This document shows positions 27,682 through 37,602 of a DNA stretch of 64,000 nucleotides, piece by piece. The DNA is taken from IMG/VR virus record IMGVR_UViG_3300025151_000021. One strand, given 5' to 3'. The notes below the pieces were generated by a model, which was given only the letters and a program-made list of their open reading frames with translations, made no database searches and was not told the DNA's origin. The DNA is from an uncultured virus (IMG/VR IMGVR_UViG_3300025151_000021) (Duplodnaviria > Heunggongvirae > Uroviricota > Caudoviricetes). The position numbers were made by a program, and so were the translations under genes. Each line of letters opens with the position of its first letter. Positions within the stretch are counted from its first letter, which is position 1.

Positions 27682-28376
27682 TGGGACTATTCGGAACATC
27701 AAACTCAGCACTATCAACGCAAATGAACTCAATGAGCCAACAGAATTTCAAGTCTGTTAACAACTTGTTGACGCTTCAGGAAAACCATGTGGAAGAGTTC
27801 TTTCAATATCATGGGGAACAATTCATGCAAGCATTTGAGCGATTGTTAGAGGATGTCACAACAAGAGTAGTTAGTCAAATGCTAGTCAAGATGAAGTTTG
27901 TTTCTAATACCAATGGTGATTTAGAGATACACCCTGATTCACTATCAGAATTCACTAACATCACTCAAGAGAACATTGATTTGGATATCGTGAACTTACT
28001 AGGAACTGCGGTTAATTCTGAAGTGATAATGCAGAGAAGAATGGCAAAGCAACAGTACCTAGAGTCACAAGGATTTACTTCTCCTTCACAAACTGGTGGG
28101 GGTGGGATGCAACCAGCAAATCCGCAGGGATTGAACCCTGCACATATACAAGGAGGAAACATGGCAGTTGGTATGAACAATGCAATCAATCAACAGGCTA
28201 TGGCGTTCAACAACCCATCAGGATATCCTGTTCCTCCATCGGGTTATGACCAAATGAATAACCCTTACTGGATAGACCCTGCAACTGGTCAACCTACCTA
28301 CACTCCCCCACAAAGCGGTCTCGGCCTAGCACAAGGAATAGGTAAAGCCGTAGCGTGGGCAAAGTGGTTAGCATAG
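27681..28376 (+). CDS. Protein with Q/P/G/N-rich low-complexity region and terminal amphipathic helix
   Basis: Starts MGLFG; ends GLGLAQGIGKAVAWAKWLA. Confidence 0.7.
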   Translation: MGLFGTSNSALSTQMNSMSQQNFKSVNNLLTLQENHVEEFFQYHGEQFMQAFERLLEDVTTRVVSQMLVKMKFVSNTNGDLEIHPDSLSEFTNITQENIDLDIVNLLGTAVNSEVIMQRRMAKQQYLESQGFTSPSQTGGGGMQPANPQGLNPAHIQGGNMAVGMNNAINQQAMAFNNPSGYPVPPSGYDQMNNPYWIDPATGQPTYTPPQSGLGLAQGIGKAVAWAKWLA

Positions 28377-28391
28377 GTTGGGGCTAGATGA

Positions 28392-29744
28392 ATGAGCGTG
28401 GATGTAACTCTAGATGATGCTCTTGAAGGGCTTAGAAGTTTGAAGGAACAGTTCGTCTTGACTGAAGAAGATGTTAATGGCTTTAAGATAGATGAGAATA
28501 ACGATACTGCTAGATTTGTTAAAGAATACCTCATTCCCTACATATTCTCAGAGTACACCGATGCATTTAGAGATAAGAGCAGAGCAAATGATGTCTCTCT
28601 GATTGTTCCAAGGATACTCAATCTACAGGAGGATGATTTTGACGAAAAAGAATATGCTTCATTCAAACAGTATATGAACACTCTATTTGACAAGATAGAG
28701 AACCTAGAGGTAATTGACACCGTTGACTCAGTTGAATCAATCAAGGGAGCAGATTCACTTTTCGGAAAGGATGTCGAATACGAGGACGATGAAAAAGGGG
28801 GAAAAAGGGTAAAGCAAGGCACTGGCGAAAGACTACTCGGCAAATTGAAGGGGAAGACATTCAGACAGTTATCAAACCCATCACTACTAGGAGATACCAC
28901 TAGAGGAACTGAAGAAGATGTAGAGGGTTCTGCAAAGATAATGTCCTTAGTAGACGCAGGAAAGCCAATATTCAGAAATAAGAGAGACTTAGAAGATGTG
29001 CTGGTAGTATCTGGTCCAAGGCCAGTAGCAAAACCAAACAACAATGTCAATGGAGTCGAGATAGTATACGAACTAGACATGGAAAAATACTTCAGAAAAT
29101 TATTCAGTGATTTTGGATATGATATGGATGAGAATTTTTCGGTTGTCAGTTCACAGGAGGCTAACTTCCCAACTGAGAAACTAGAGGAAGTAATAGCAGA
29201 GAATCTAAAGATGACAAGGGAGGGGGAGAAAAGCACAATATCACAGTCTCTAGTTTCAGGAAAAAAAGAAACAATAGATGGCAGGAGTTCTGCAAGTCTA
29301 TCCGACGCACAAGATGCTGTCGAAACTCTAGTAAGAGAACTAGGGAAGAAAGGGCCAATCATTGACTTACTACTACGAGAGTTTGCTATGGCCGATGACT
29401 TCTTGAAAACCAAAGACACATCACCGAGAAAGGTTGTCACTGAAGGTGGTAAACAATTGACTAGGCCAAAACAATTACGAAGCATCGCTCTATCTAAAAT
29501 CACAATACTCATAGAAGTGCCATATCCGAACAACACATTCACATCTGCCGGTGCTGTATTCAGGCAGAAAGACTCACAACTACAGAAACTCTCACCAGTT
29601 GTGGAAGTGCTACAGGATTCTTTAGAAAGAGTAAGGTTCTTCGGTAGAGGACAACTCATGCAAGCAACAGGAAGGTCGTTAGTTGTGATAGAAGAGATAA
29701 ATGAAGGTCTAGATGATTTACAGAGATTAGTTGAGAGGTTATAG
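28392..29744 (+). CDS. Hypothetical protein (450 aa)
   Basis: Long ORF in operon direction; no motif recognised. Confidence 0.7.
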   Translation: MSVDVTLDDALEGLRSLKEQFVLTEEDVNGFKIDENNDTARFVKEYLIPYIFSEYTDAFRDKSRANDVSLIVPRILNLQEDDFDEKEYASFKQYMNTLFDKIENLEVIDTVDSVESIKGADSLFGKDVEYEDDEKGGKRVKQGTGERLLGKLKGKTFRQLSNPSLLGDTTRGTEEDVEGSAKIMSLVDAGKPIFRNKRDLEDVLVVSGPRPVAKPNNNVNGVEIVYELDMEKYFRKLFSDFGYDMDENFSVVSSQEANFPTEKLEEVIAENLKMTREGEKSTISQSLVSGKKETIDGRSSASLSDAQDAVETLVRELGKKGPIIDLLLREFAMADDFLKTKDTSPRKVVTEGGKQLTRPKQLRSIALSKITILIEVPYPNNTFTSAGAVFRQKDSQLQKLSPVVEVLQDSLERVRFFGRGQLMQATGRSLVVIEEINEGLDDLQRLVERL

Positions 29745-29746
29745 AA

Positions 29747-30823
29747 ATGAGCAAGTTGTCCTCCCCAAGTGACTTCACCAGTATCAATGCAGACTACTCT
29801 CAGGGTAGGGGGTTCTACACTACTCATTCAGATGTATCTCAGATGTTGCAGATAGCAGCGTTCAGTTCTTCTACCACTCCATCTATTGCTGAAGTTGGGG
29901 CGTTAATCAAAAAGACAGAGGAAAGGGTCGATGATACAGTTGGTCATTCCTTTCGTCCAGTTATTTACCACAATGAGTTTCATGGGTTCGAGGCATTTCA
30001 TATGGGAGCATACCCTGTACAGAGATACAAGGACTATGTTGGATTCATACAACTAGAGAGACCGGATGTTCAGAAGATAGTGAGGTTAGAGGTTTGGCAG
30101 GGTAGTGAATACGTCGATTTAGCCTCTGCTACTGCCACTGTGAAAATGCCATCAGGTCCAATATCAGGAACATTCACGATTACTCTAGGTGTAGGCGCAT
30201 ATACATTCGTACTCACAAAGGGAACGGACTTCTTTGATAACTACGGACCAAAGACAACTGCCAGCCAAGTAGCGGATGCAATCAATGAAGTGTTTCCACA
30301 TAAGACCGCTAAGTTCACTGGTGAGACTACTGCTAAGTCTGTGACAGCAGTGGGAAACAGTTCAATCAACATATCTGATTTCTTCTATGCGACAACAGAT
30401 AGTGAGGAAACTGACAAAGTAGTTATTTCTTCACTACTGCTAAGTGATGATGGTTCTGCTTGTACAATAGCATCAGTAGGAGCATCAGTAACCCCGTTCA
30501 CAGATAATCAGGACCAAAGAAGATTGGGTGACTATTGGACGATAAACAAAGATGGTAAAATCTTCTTCCATGAGAATTATCCGTATCTACACAAGCACTC
30601 AATTAGAGTAACATATGTTAGTGGGCAGAGTAGGGTTCCTGCTACAATACACGACGCTGCTACAAAACTAGTTGCTGCCGAGGTAATAAGGCATGATGAC
30701 AACTCAATACTCATTGCTGAGACAGGCTCTAATATTGACCTGAAGGCCAAACATGACATATTGCTTGAAGAAGCAAATAAGATATTGAACGGTAAGAAGG
30801 ACATCATACATTTCATTGCGTGA
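29747..30823 (+). CDS. Head-tail adaptor/connector-like protein
   Basis: Position; C-terminal IRVTYVSG..RVPATIHDAATKLVA typical of adaptor proteins. Confidence 0.65.
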   Translation: MSKLSSPSDFTSINADYSQGRGFYTTHSDVSQMLQIAAFSSSTTPSIAEVGALIKKTEERVDDTVGHSFRPVIYHNEFHGFEAFHMGAYPVQRYKDYVGFIQLERPDVQKIVRLEVWQGSEYVDLASATATVKMPSGPISGTFTITLGVGAYTFVLTKGTDFFDNYGPKTTASQVADAINEVFPHKTAKFTGETTAKSVTAVGNSSINISDFFYATTDSEETDKVVISSLLLSDDGSACTIASVGASVTPFTDNQDQRRLGDYWTINKDGKIFFHENYPYLHKHSIRVTYVSGQSRVPATIHDAATKLVAAEVIRHDDNSILIAETGSNIDLKAKHDILLEEANKILNGKKDIIHFIA

Positions 30824-30827
30824 TATC

Positions 30828-31028
30828 ATGAGTGATGTAAGAAGAAGATTCATGCAAATACTAGCATTAGAAAAAGAAAGAAACGAGGTGCTTAAGGAGT
30901 TAGAAGACTCAGTAGGATTTGATATTAGTTTCTCAGATGAAGCAATATTAGAAAATGCTACAGCAAAATTCGCAGAGCAGTATCGAAAGGAATTGGCAGA
31001 GATGGTGGTAACAAAATGGATGAAGTAA
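30828..31028 (+). CDS. Small hypothetical neck-region protein
   Basis: Coupled ORF between adaptor and terminator. Confidence 0.55.
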   Translation: MSDVRRRFMQILALEKERNEVLKELEDSVGFDISFSDEAILENATAKFAEQYRKELAEMVVTKWMK

Positions 31029-31543
31029 CCTTTGTTATTCGTCTTCTAGAGGATAATTGGTCATCATCTGCTAGTTCCTTGGTTTCTGCTGGCACAATAA
31101 GTGCTAATCACAATGCTACTCCTAAGTTCATAGATGTGAGGTCGATAGAACCACAAGAGGGCAGAAGAGTAGATGTGGATTCCCAATCGGTGTTGATTGT
31201 CTTTGAAGACAGTTCATCGACAGACTACCCGACAATCGATTATTCTGTGAGAAACGAGACCTTCACCTTTACCTTGCATTTGAGGGTTTTACATAGAAGG
31301 GACATGACCAGTAACACCTTTTCTAGAGATAGGTTAGAGGCATTATACAAGGTTGTCAGATACATTCTTGAAAACAATGCTTTTAGGCCAACTGTCTATG
31401 CAACACCCGCCGATAGCAGTAGTGCAGTCGAAGGAGATGCAGATTTAATACGACTAACTTCTAGAAATGAGGCGAATGATAGAGGGAAAAGATTATTGGG
31501 ATATAAGATTGGAGTCGAGTTAAAGAGATTCGCAAGAGGCTGA
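31016..31543 (+). CDS. Putative tail terminator/neck protein
   Basis: Size and position immediately before the tail tube gene. Confidence 0.55.
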   Translation: MDEVTFVIRLLEDNWSSSASSLVSAGTISANHNATPKFIDVRSIEPQEGRRVDVDSQSVLIVFEDSSSTDYPTIDYSVRNETFTFTLHLRVLHRRDMTSNTFSRDRLEALYKVVRYILENNAFRPTVYATPADSSSAVEGDADLIRLTSRNEANDRGKRLLGYKIGVELKRFARG

Positions 31544-31555
31544 TGAGGGGAAAAA

Positions 31556-33136
31556 ATGAGTAATGAGGTATTCGTAGGAGCAAACGCACAGGTGGGGCTT
31601 TGTCCAGAACTGGACATGTTCTTCAACAACGTAACAATAAACGGTAGTCAGCAGGTAACAGTCAGTGATGGAAACACATTCAAACTAGTTACGAACATAT
31701 ACACTGGTTGCACTGCAAAGGTAGTCAACAGTGGAACGACAACCTATCACGCTATCCTATCAAACACCGAGACCGTGTTGACCCTAGACACTGATGCTCC
31801 TGCTGCTACAGTTGACTTAACAATACTCTCGTTTGGCGCACCAGTCTATGCTCCTGTCAAGAATGCAAGCAATGCGCTTGTAGGAGGAGTTCTATCTGAT
31901 GCTTGGCTAGGACTTGTCAATACATTTACCCCACCTAATGTAGAGGTAGAGATGAAGCAACTAAATCTAGCAGTAGCAGGTGGAAGAAACTTCGATTATC
32001 AGTACAAGGGAGCAGAGACGGTATCCGGTGGCTCTCTAGATATCTCACTCAACAATGGTTCTTGGTTGTACTACACACTAGGGGGGCTATCGTTTACATC
32101 AGCGCAGACAGATGTTGCTACAACAACAAGCAATGGTCATAACGGAATAATAACCTCTGAAACAAGAAACGATGTCATTCGTGTAATTGAAGGCAACATG
32201 TATCCTGACACTGATGATGGTTCAGGAGGAGCAAGAGCATTGAATGCATTCAATCTGTTGAATACTGCTTCTCCTTACGTCTACACATTTACAGAGGCTG
32301 ACAATGATGTTCTTCCATCATTTGCCTTAGATGTGGTATATGGCAAGAAGGGAAGAACAGGAAGCACTGCACTAGACAGCAATGACCCCAACACAAACAT
32401 GTACTCAAGGATATTCACAGGATGTCAGGTAAATACAATGACATTGAACTTTGAAGAGGGACAAGAACTCAAGACGACCCTAGACCTAGTTACTCGCAGA
32501 GCATTTGACACACCTAATGGCTATGTTCCACTAAGAGGTCAGAGCGTTCTACAAGCAATCACCAATGACTCAGGAGATATTGGAAGTGATGGCTCAGAGT
32601 TTGCTGACAGTGGTTTCATCAACTACAACACCAATGCAAAGCCATACTCAGGCTCAAGCCTAGCAGACAACTACCCATTCCTGTTCTCGGATGGTGCAAT
32701 CAAACTATTCGGGCAGGTAGTTGGAAAGGTCAAGATGGGTTCAGTCACAATCAACAACAATCTAACACCACAGAGGTTCATTGGAAACTACAACAGGCAG
32801 ATTGCTTCGGCACACCTACCCGGACAGAGAACCTATGAGATATCCCTAACCATGTTAATCACTGATACCAAACTATGGGACCAGTTGAGGATAGACAGTG
32901 AATCAGGAGAAGCAGGAACAAGTGGAGAACTACAACTATCATTCACAAAGGACACTGGTGAGCAGATACTCCTCAAGTTTGAGGACTACCTAATCAACTC
33001 TGTAACGGTTCCCTTCCCTGAAGACAAGGGACCAATCGATGTAGAGGTCCAAGCAAACGCAAGAACCCTATCAAGTGCTACTTACACAGGCAAGTGGTCA
33101 ATATACACACTAGGCGGTAGTGCAACGAGCAACTAG
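31556..33136 (+). CDS. Major tail tube protein
   Basis: Position; FTGCQVNTMTLNF, SVTINNNL and GQRTYEISLT tube-like segments. Confidence 0.75.
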   Translation: MSNEVFVGANAQVGLCPELDMFFNNVTINGSQQVTVSDGNTFKLVTNIYTGCTAKVVNSGTTTYHAILSNTETVLTLDTDAPAATVDLTILSFGAPVYAPVKNASNALVGGVLSDAWLGLVNTFTPPNVEVEMKQLNLAVAGGRNFDYQYKGAETVSGGSLDISLNNGSWLYYTLGGLSFTSAQTDVATTTSNGHNGIITSETRNDVIRVIEGNMYPDTDDGSGGARALNAFNLLNTASPYVYTFTEADNDVLPSFALDVVYGKKGRTGSTALDSNDPNTNMYSRIFTGCQVNTMTLNFEEGQELKTTLDLVTRRAFDTPNGYVPLRGQSVLQAITNDSGDIGSDGSEFADSGFINYNTNAKPYSGSSLADNYPFLFSDGAIKLFGQVVGKVKMGSVTINNNLTPQRFIGNYNRQIASAHLPGQRTYEISLTMLITDTKLWDQLRIDSESGEAGTSGELQLSFTKDTGEQILLKFEDYLINSVTVPFPEDKGPIDVEVQANARTLSSATYTGKWSIYTLGGSATSN

Positions 33137-33138
33137 GA

Positions 33139-33173
33139 GGCGTAACCAAGTAGGTAACGCCAATCAGTTTTTT
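33139..33173 (+). terminator. Hairpin plus T-tract after the tail tube gene
   Basis: GGCGTAACC-AAGTA-GGTAACGCC (one A-A mismatch) followed by AATCAGTTTTTT. Confidence 0.55.
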
Positions 33174-33223
33174 ATTCCACCAACACGTTTGTTTGTTGGT
33201 ATGTTTTGTAGGTGGAAAGAAAA

Positions 33224-33595
33224 ATGACAGAAGAAAAGAAAATTGTAAGTGATAAGAACATGCTGTTCGCAAGAGCAGCAACCGAAAGCCATCATATCAG
33301 GGTATCACCTGATACTGATGAGTACCTCCAAGTTTGGATTAAACAACCAACTTGGCTTCAGGTAGAACAGGCGTTGTCGTCTGTTATGGATATGGATTCC
33401 CAAGGTCAAACTTTGGGCATCAACCTGAACAAGATGTACAGATACATGGTAGACAACTTCGTAGAGAAGACTGAGCCACAACTATCTGCTACTGACTTAA
33501 TTAGACTCAACCCGTATGTTGGTGCGCAACTAAAAGAAATCCTCCCTAATCCATTCATGGATGTCATGGGGGATGATACGGGAAACGAAAACTAA
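33224..33595 (+). CDS. Tail assembly chaperone (gpG analogue)
   Basis: Between tube and tape measure genes; ends just after a slippery site. Confidence 0.75.
   Translation: MTEEKKIVSDKNMLFARAATESHHIRVSPDTDEYLQVWIKQPTWLQVEQALSSVMDMDSQGQTLGINLNKMYRYMVDNFVEKTEPQLSATDLIRLNPYVGAQLKEILPNPFMDVMGDDTGNEN
33580..33586 (+). other. Programmed -1 ribosomal frameshift site G GGA AAC
   Basis: In-frame XXXYYYZ heptamer two codons before the stop; the -1 frame is open through 33792. Confidence 0.85.
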
Positions 33596-33792
33596 TCCGA
33601 AGGGCATTGAAAGGAGGAGCAGTAGATACGCAGATGGGGATGAAAATTATGCTTTACACCTACTGCACTGCTTTTTCCATCAACCCAAAGGATGCTTATG
33701 ATACACCAGCGATTTTGATTAAGGAAATGCTAGAAATACATGGAGAAGTAAAGAGACTGGAATCGGAGGCAATGGAAAAGGCAAAGGGATGA
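33580..33792 (+). CDS. Frameshift extension of the tail chaperone (gpGT analogue)
   Basis: -1 frame reads ..KRKLIRRALKGGAVDTQMG.. and contains the track ORF 33607-33792. Confidence 0.75.
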   Translation, partial: GKRKLIRRALKGGAVDTQMGMKIMLYTYCTAFSINPKDAYDTPAILIKEMLEIHGEVKRLESEAMEKAKG

Positions 33793-33795
33793 TAG

Positions 33796-35805
33796 ATGAG
33801 TGAACTTGATGAGACCCTAGAGCAATTCAAAGAGATTGACCGTCTTATCATTAAAGGCGCATCTGATATGCGTACATTACAATCACAGATAAGTTCAACT
33901 AACGCTATTCTAGAATCGAAGGGGTGGGAGATATTCTCCCGATTCATCTCAGGAACTGGTCTTTGGAGAATACAGAACCGTGTAAAGGCCAGTATTCAAC
34001 TAGTAAACAGCATGATGAGTGCTGAAGAAAGAAGAAGAGTAAAACAGGCTAAAGAGATAAAGACACTTGCAGAAATTTCTAGGACTAGCGAATCAATTCG
34101 TGGCATGTCTACGGACATCAACAAAGCCCTAGAAGGAACAGGAAAGTATAGGCGTGAAGCGATAAAAAGGATAAAGGAAGAATCAGAAATATTCTCAGGT
34201 TTATTATTCAAGTATGGTGATGCTGATTTAGCACTCAAAAAGATGTCTGATAGTGTTGATTATCAAATTAAGAAGACCAAAGAGTTAGAGAAACTGGCGA
34301 AAAAAAGAGCAAGAGCCTCACAACTTTCATTATTCAATGAAGACTCATTCTTGAAAACGCTATCTAAACAGATAACAAAAAGAAAGGAAGAGTCTAGAAT
34401 AAGTAAAGGCATTAGTGAATTCAAAAAAGTTACTGGTGCTATGGGGAGAATGGAAGGTTCTAGTATAGACAAAACAATGGAAAATCTAGGTAGTATGACC
34501 ACCTTTACAAAAGGCAGAGGAAAAGTAACTAGATTCAGAGGTGGAGAAGGCAACAAAGAAATGTCTAAGATGGCTTTCAACATAATGAATAGTAATATCG
34601 TTCAAAAGAGAGTTGCTAAGTTTGCAGCATTAAAGAAAAAGGCAGATGAGACAGGTGCTGTACGAGATAAACTTAGATTAGCAATTGAAAGAGATATTAG
34701 AAAAGTACAGATTAGAATGGGTAAAGCAATTTACTCAATCGCTACTAAAGTTGCAGTAATGTTCATGTTTGTAGCAAAAGTAGTGGCTTTCCTACTATTA
34801 CTTGTACTGGGCCTATCACTACTAAAGAAAATCTTTGATGACTTTAGAAAGAACTTTATCGATGCCTTTACCGCTTTGAAGAATACATTTTCTACAGGAC
34901 TCCAAATGATTTTTAGTGGGTTAAGTGGTATTACTGAAGGTATTTCAACAATACTCAACGCAAGCACTCTTACTGAAGTATTTACAGGAGTGGGCCAAAT
35001 AATAGTAGGAGGTCTTGAGATTGTGTTGGGAATAGCAGTAGCAACAGTTGGGGCGGTTTTGGCAGCAGGATTTGAGTTTATCAGAAGTGTTTTCTCTGAT
35101 GCGTTTGCTAATACGTCATCTCTTCTAGGTGGAATAGTCTCAGGAGTTCTAAATGTTGTTGAAGTAGTTGCGGGAGTAGTTGCTGCTATTGCTTTAGTGG
35201 CTGCTATCTTCGTAGGTTTTCCAGCAATACTTCTTGCTGGATTTGCTCTTGTGATTTATGGGGCAATCAAATTTTTCAAAGACCCAATCGTACAAGCATT
35301 TGATTATGTTGGTGGCTTAATAGAATCAGGTATTGGTATCATTAAGTCCGGTATCGATAAGTTTGTTGGCTTCTTAAAAAACATATTTGGTATTTTAGTA
35401 GGCGCATATGATTTCCTTAGCACCATTGATGTGAAGATTGCATTAGCAATAAAGGAAGCATTATCAGGTCCAGTGGATAAAATAAAAGACGCTGGTGGTT
35501 CAATAAAGAGCGGCGCAAAAAGTTTCATTGGTAGAATAACTGGTAGAGCAGTCGGTGGACCTGCAAGTGGATTGACTCTCGTTGGTGAGCAAGGTCCGGA
35601 GTTAGTTACATTACCAAGTGGAAGCAGAGTCCATACCAATCGCCAGTCTGCTGCTATGATGGGTGGTGTAACAAACAACATAACGGTACAAGTAACTGGC
35701 AGAGTAGGTGCTAATGACTCTGAGATAAGAGACATAGCGAACAAGGTCGCTAGGGAGATAAACACTAGAATCAACAGGACATCAACATCGGTGGTGAAAT
35801 TCTAA
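33796..35805 (+). CDS. Tape measure protein
   Basis: Follows the chaperone pair; helical and amphipathic A/G/I-rich repeats; C-terminal RAVGGP..LVGEQGPELV motif. Confidence 0.88.
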   Translation: MSELDETLEQFKEIDRLIIKGASDMRTLQSQISSTNAILESKGWEIFSRFISGTGLWRIQNRVKASIQLVNSMMSAEERRRVKQAKEIKTLAEISRTSESIRGMSTDINKALEGTGKYRREAIKRIKEESEIFSGLLFKYGDADLALKKMSDSVDYQIKKTKELEKLAKKRARASQLSLFNEDSFLKTLSKQITKRKEESRISKGISEFKKVTGAMGRMEGSSIDKTMENLGSMTTFTKGRGKVTRFRGGEGNKEMSKMAFNIMNSNIVQKRVAKFAALKKKADETGAVRDKLRLAIERDIRKVQIRMGKAIYSIATKVAVMFMFVAKVVAFLLLLVLGLSLLKKIFDDFRKNFIDAFTALKNTFSTGLQMIFSGLSGITEGISTILNASTLTEVFTGVGQIIVGGLEIVLGIAVATVGAVLAAGFEFIRSVFSDAFANTSSLLGGIVSGVLNVVEVVAGVVAAIALVAAIFVGFPAILLAGFALVIYGAIKFFKDPIVQAFDYVGGLIESGIGIIKSGIDKFVGFLKNIFGILVGAYDFLSTIDVKIALAIKEALSGPVDKIKDAGGSIKSGAKSFIGRITGRAVGGPASGLTLVGEQGPELVTLPSGSRVHTNRQSAAMMGGVTNNITVQVTGRVGANDSEIRDIANKVAREINTRINRTSTSVVKF

Positions 35806-36551
35806 TGGCAGCAACGACAGACTTCAAGGTATTTCTAGAACTAGCGAGAAGAGCGCAAGTGGATGACGGTACTGCTAGGGCAGTAAACAGAATACCTCTC
35901 TTCGTCAGAGAGATACAAGTGAACACTCAGAAGACTGTGCCAACAATTCCAATTCCATTCGCAGCAGTTGCAACAGGTGCATCCGAGACACTGGCTTTCG
36001 ATATGGGTATCTCATCAAAGACACTCAGCCTATCAGGGGTTCTTCTCGACCAGACTATCTCAAAGGATACACAAGAAAGTGATACCAGCCAAAAAGAGAG
36101 AATATTATCCTGCTTTGAACTAGCACAACTCATACATTCCTATGTTGATAGTAGTCAAGCACAAGAGGACCAAACTCTGAATAAATTGATTATACTAATA
36201 CCAAGCAGGGTTGATACTAATTTTGAATATCACGATGCTACCACTGAAACTAAAGATTTAGACCAATTGCCATTGATTCCATTCACCTTTGAAAATAGAA
36301 GATATGATGAAAGATTCAAGCGTCAGATAAATCAGCAGATTGAGAACTTAACAGGAACATCCGATTTAATTAATCTGTCACCAACATCAGCCTTCACTGA
36401 TATATCAGACTTGGATGAGATTCCCGGCATGTCAGGTTTCATTCAGTCTTTCGATACAACTTTCTCCGGTGAGCAACCCAACAGTGTCGAGTTCAATCTC
36501 AACTTTGAGGTAGCCACCGTGATTGCAGATAATCCTGTTAACAATCTATAG
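35805..36551 (+). CDS. Putative distal tail protein
   Basis: Position right after the tape measure gene. Confidence 0.55.
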   Translation: MAATTDFKVFLELARRAQVDDGTARAVNRIPLFVREIQVNTQKTVPTIPIPFAAVATGASETLAFDMGISSKTLSLSGVLLDQTISKDTQESDTSQKERILSCFELAQLIHSYVDSSQAQEDQTLNKLIILIPSRVDTNFEYHDATTETKDLDQLPLIPFTFENRRYDERFKRQINQQIENLTGTSDLINLSPTSAFTDISDLDEIPGMSGFIQSFDTTFSGEQPNSVEFNLNFEVATVIADNPVNNL

Positions 36552-36560
36552 GTGGTACGA

Positions 36561-37601
36561 ATGACGACAGCGCATGTTGGTGAGAAGAGAGCATTGGTCT
36601 TTCCTGTCATGTGCGACGCTCATCTAAAGATAGAGTTCGATGATACGAACACATCAACCAAGAAGGGAAACCTATGGAGGCATAGTGGGTCTTTTACTAT
36701 AGAGGCAGTAATTACCCCTTACGATGTAAATGGCCTTGGGCATCGAACTTCCGGTCAAGGAAGACTCGATAGCATCAAAACTCCACCTAGCCCAAACCTC
36801 TCGTTAGATGACCATGCAGATACGACCTCAAACTATCAAAGTGTCAGTTACTTCGGCTCAGGTAGGAACACACACAAGATGATGCTCTTTCACAATCAAT
36901 ACTTCAAGTTCTTTCTACAGAATACAACATCCTCTAACTTCAATCAGCCAGCAGAGTACAAGTTAGTTTGTGAGATATCTGATTCTACTGATACTGGCAA
37001 TATACAAACTCATACCATATCCAGCAATGCTGTGTTTGGTTCGATAAACAGCCTTGAGGGATACTATGATGCTGATGGTTTCTACAATGGCATAATCACA
37101 GATAAGAAAAAAATAACAACAAGTGCATCGGGTTCTCAAACCATATCTGTTAGTTCAGGGGCTGCTGATGAGATAAACACAGGAGCAGAGATATTCGATA
37201 GTAGTGGCACACTGATAGGAACTGTTTCATCAGTATCAGGAAACAACATAACACTCGCAGCGACTCCTGCTACTACTGTAACATCCACAATATACACATC
37301 TCAAAAGAAAGAGGCATTGTACATCGAGCAGTTGACAAAGGTAAGTTGCACATTTGACAACAACACTGTAACTCTCATGGTGAATAATCAACCAGTTGCT
37401 AGAGCAAAGGTCAACATAGGCACTTTCGGGTTTCATGCCTCAGACTGCCTGATAGGAAAAGATGGCTCCAATACGAATACACAATTCATGGGTGAGTTGT
37501 ATGAGATAAGTATGCACAGAGGAAAGAGACCTTGTGCAACCATCAATACCCTGACTCCTAACGTTACTGAGACGTTCTTCCATTACGAGTTTGGTGATTG
37601 A
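36561..37601 (+). CDS. Tail protein with LamG/concanavalin-like domain
   Basis: SFTIEAVITP, VTLMVNNQPV, LIGKDG and FMGELYEISM segments. Confidence 0.6.
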   Translation: MTTAHVGEKRALVFPVMCDAHLKIEFDDTNTSTKKGNLWRHSGSFTIEAVITPYDVNGLGHRTSGQGRLDSIKTPPSPNLSLDDHADTTSNYQSVSYFGSGRNTHKMMLFHNQYFKFFLQNTTSSNFNQPAEYKLVCEISDSTDTGNIQTHTISSNAVFGSINSLEGYYDADGFYNGIITDKKKITTSASGSQTISVSSGAADEINTGAEIFDSSGTLIGTVSSVSGNNITLAATPATTVTSTIYTSQKKEALYIEQLTKVSCTFDNNTVTLMVNNQPVARAKVNIGTFGFHASDCLIGKDGSNTNTQFMGELYEISMHRGKRPCATINTLTPNVTETFFHYEFGD

Positions 37602-37602
37602 G

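Noticed and set aside
28538..29827. 429-aa minus-strand ORF
   Set aside because: Antisense shadow of the 28392-29744 gene: Ser-rich, no motif, opposite to operon direction.
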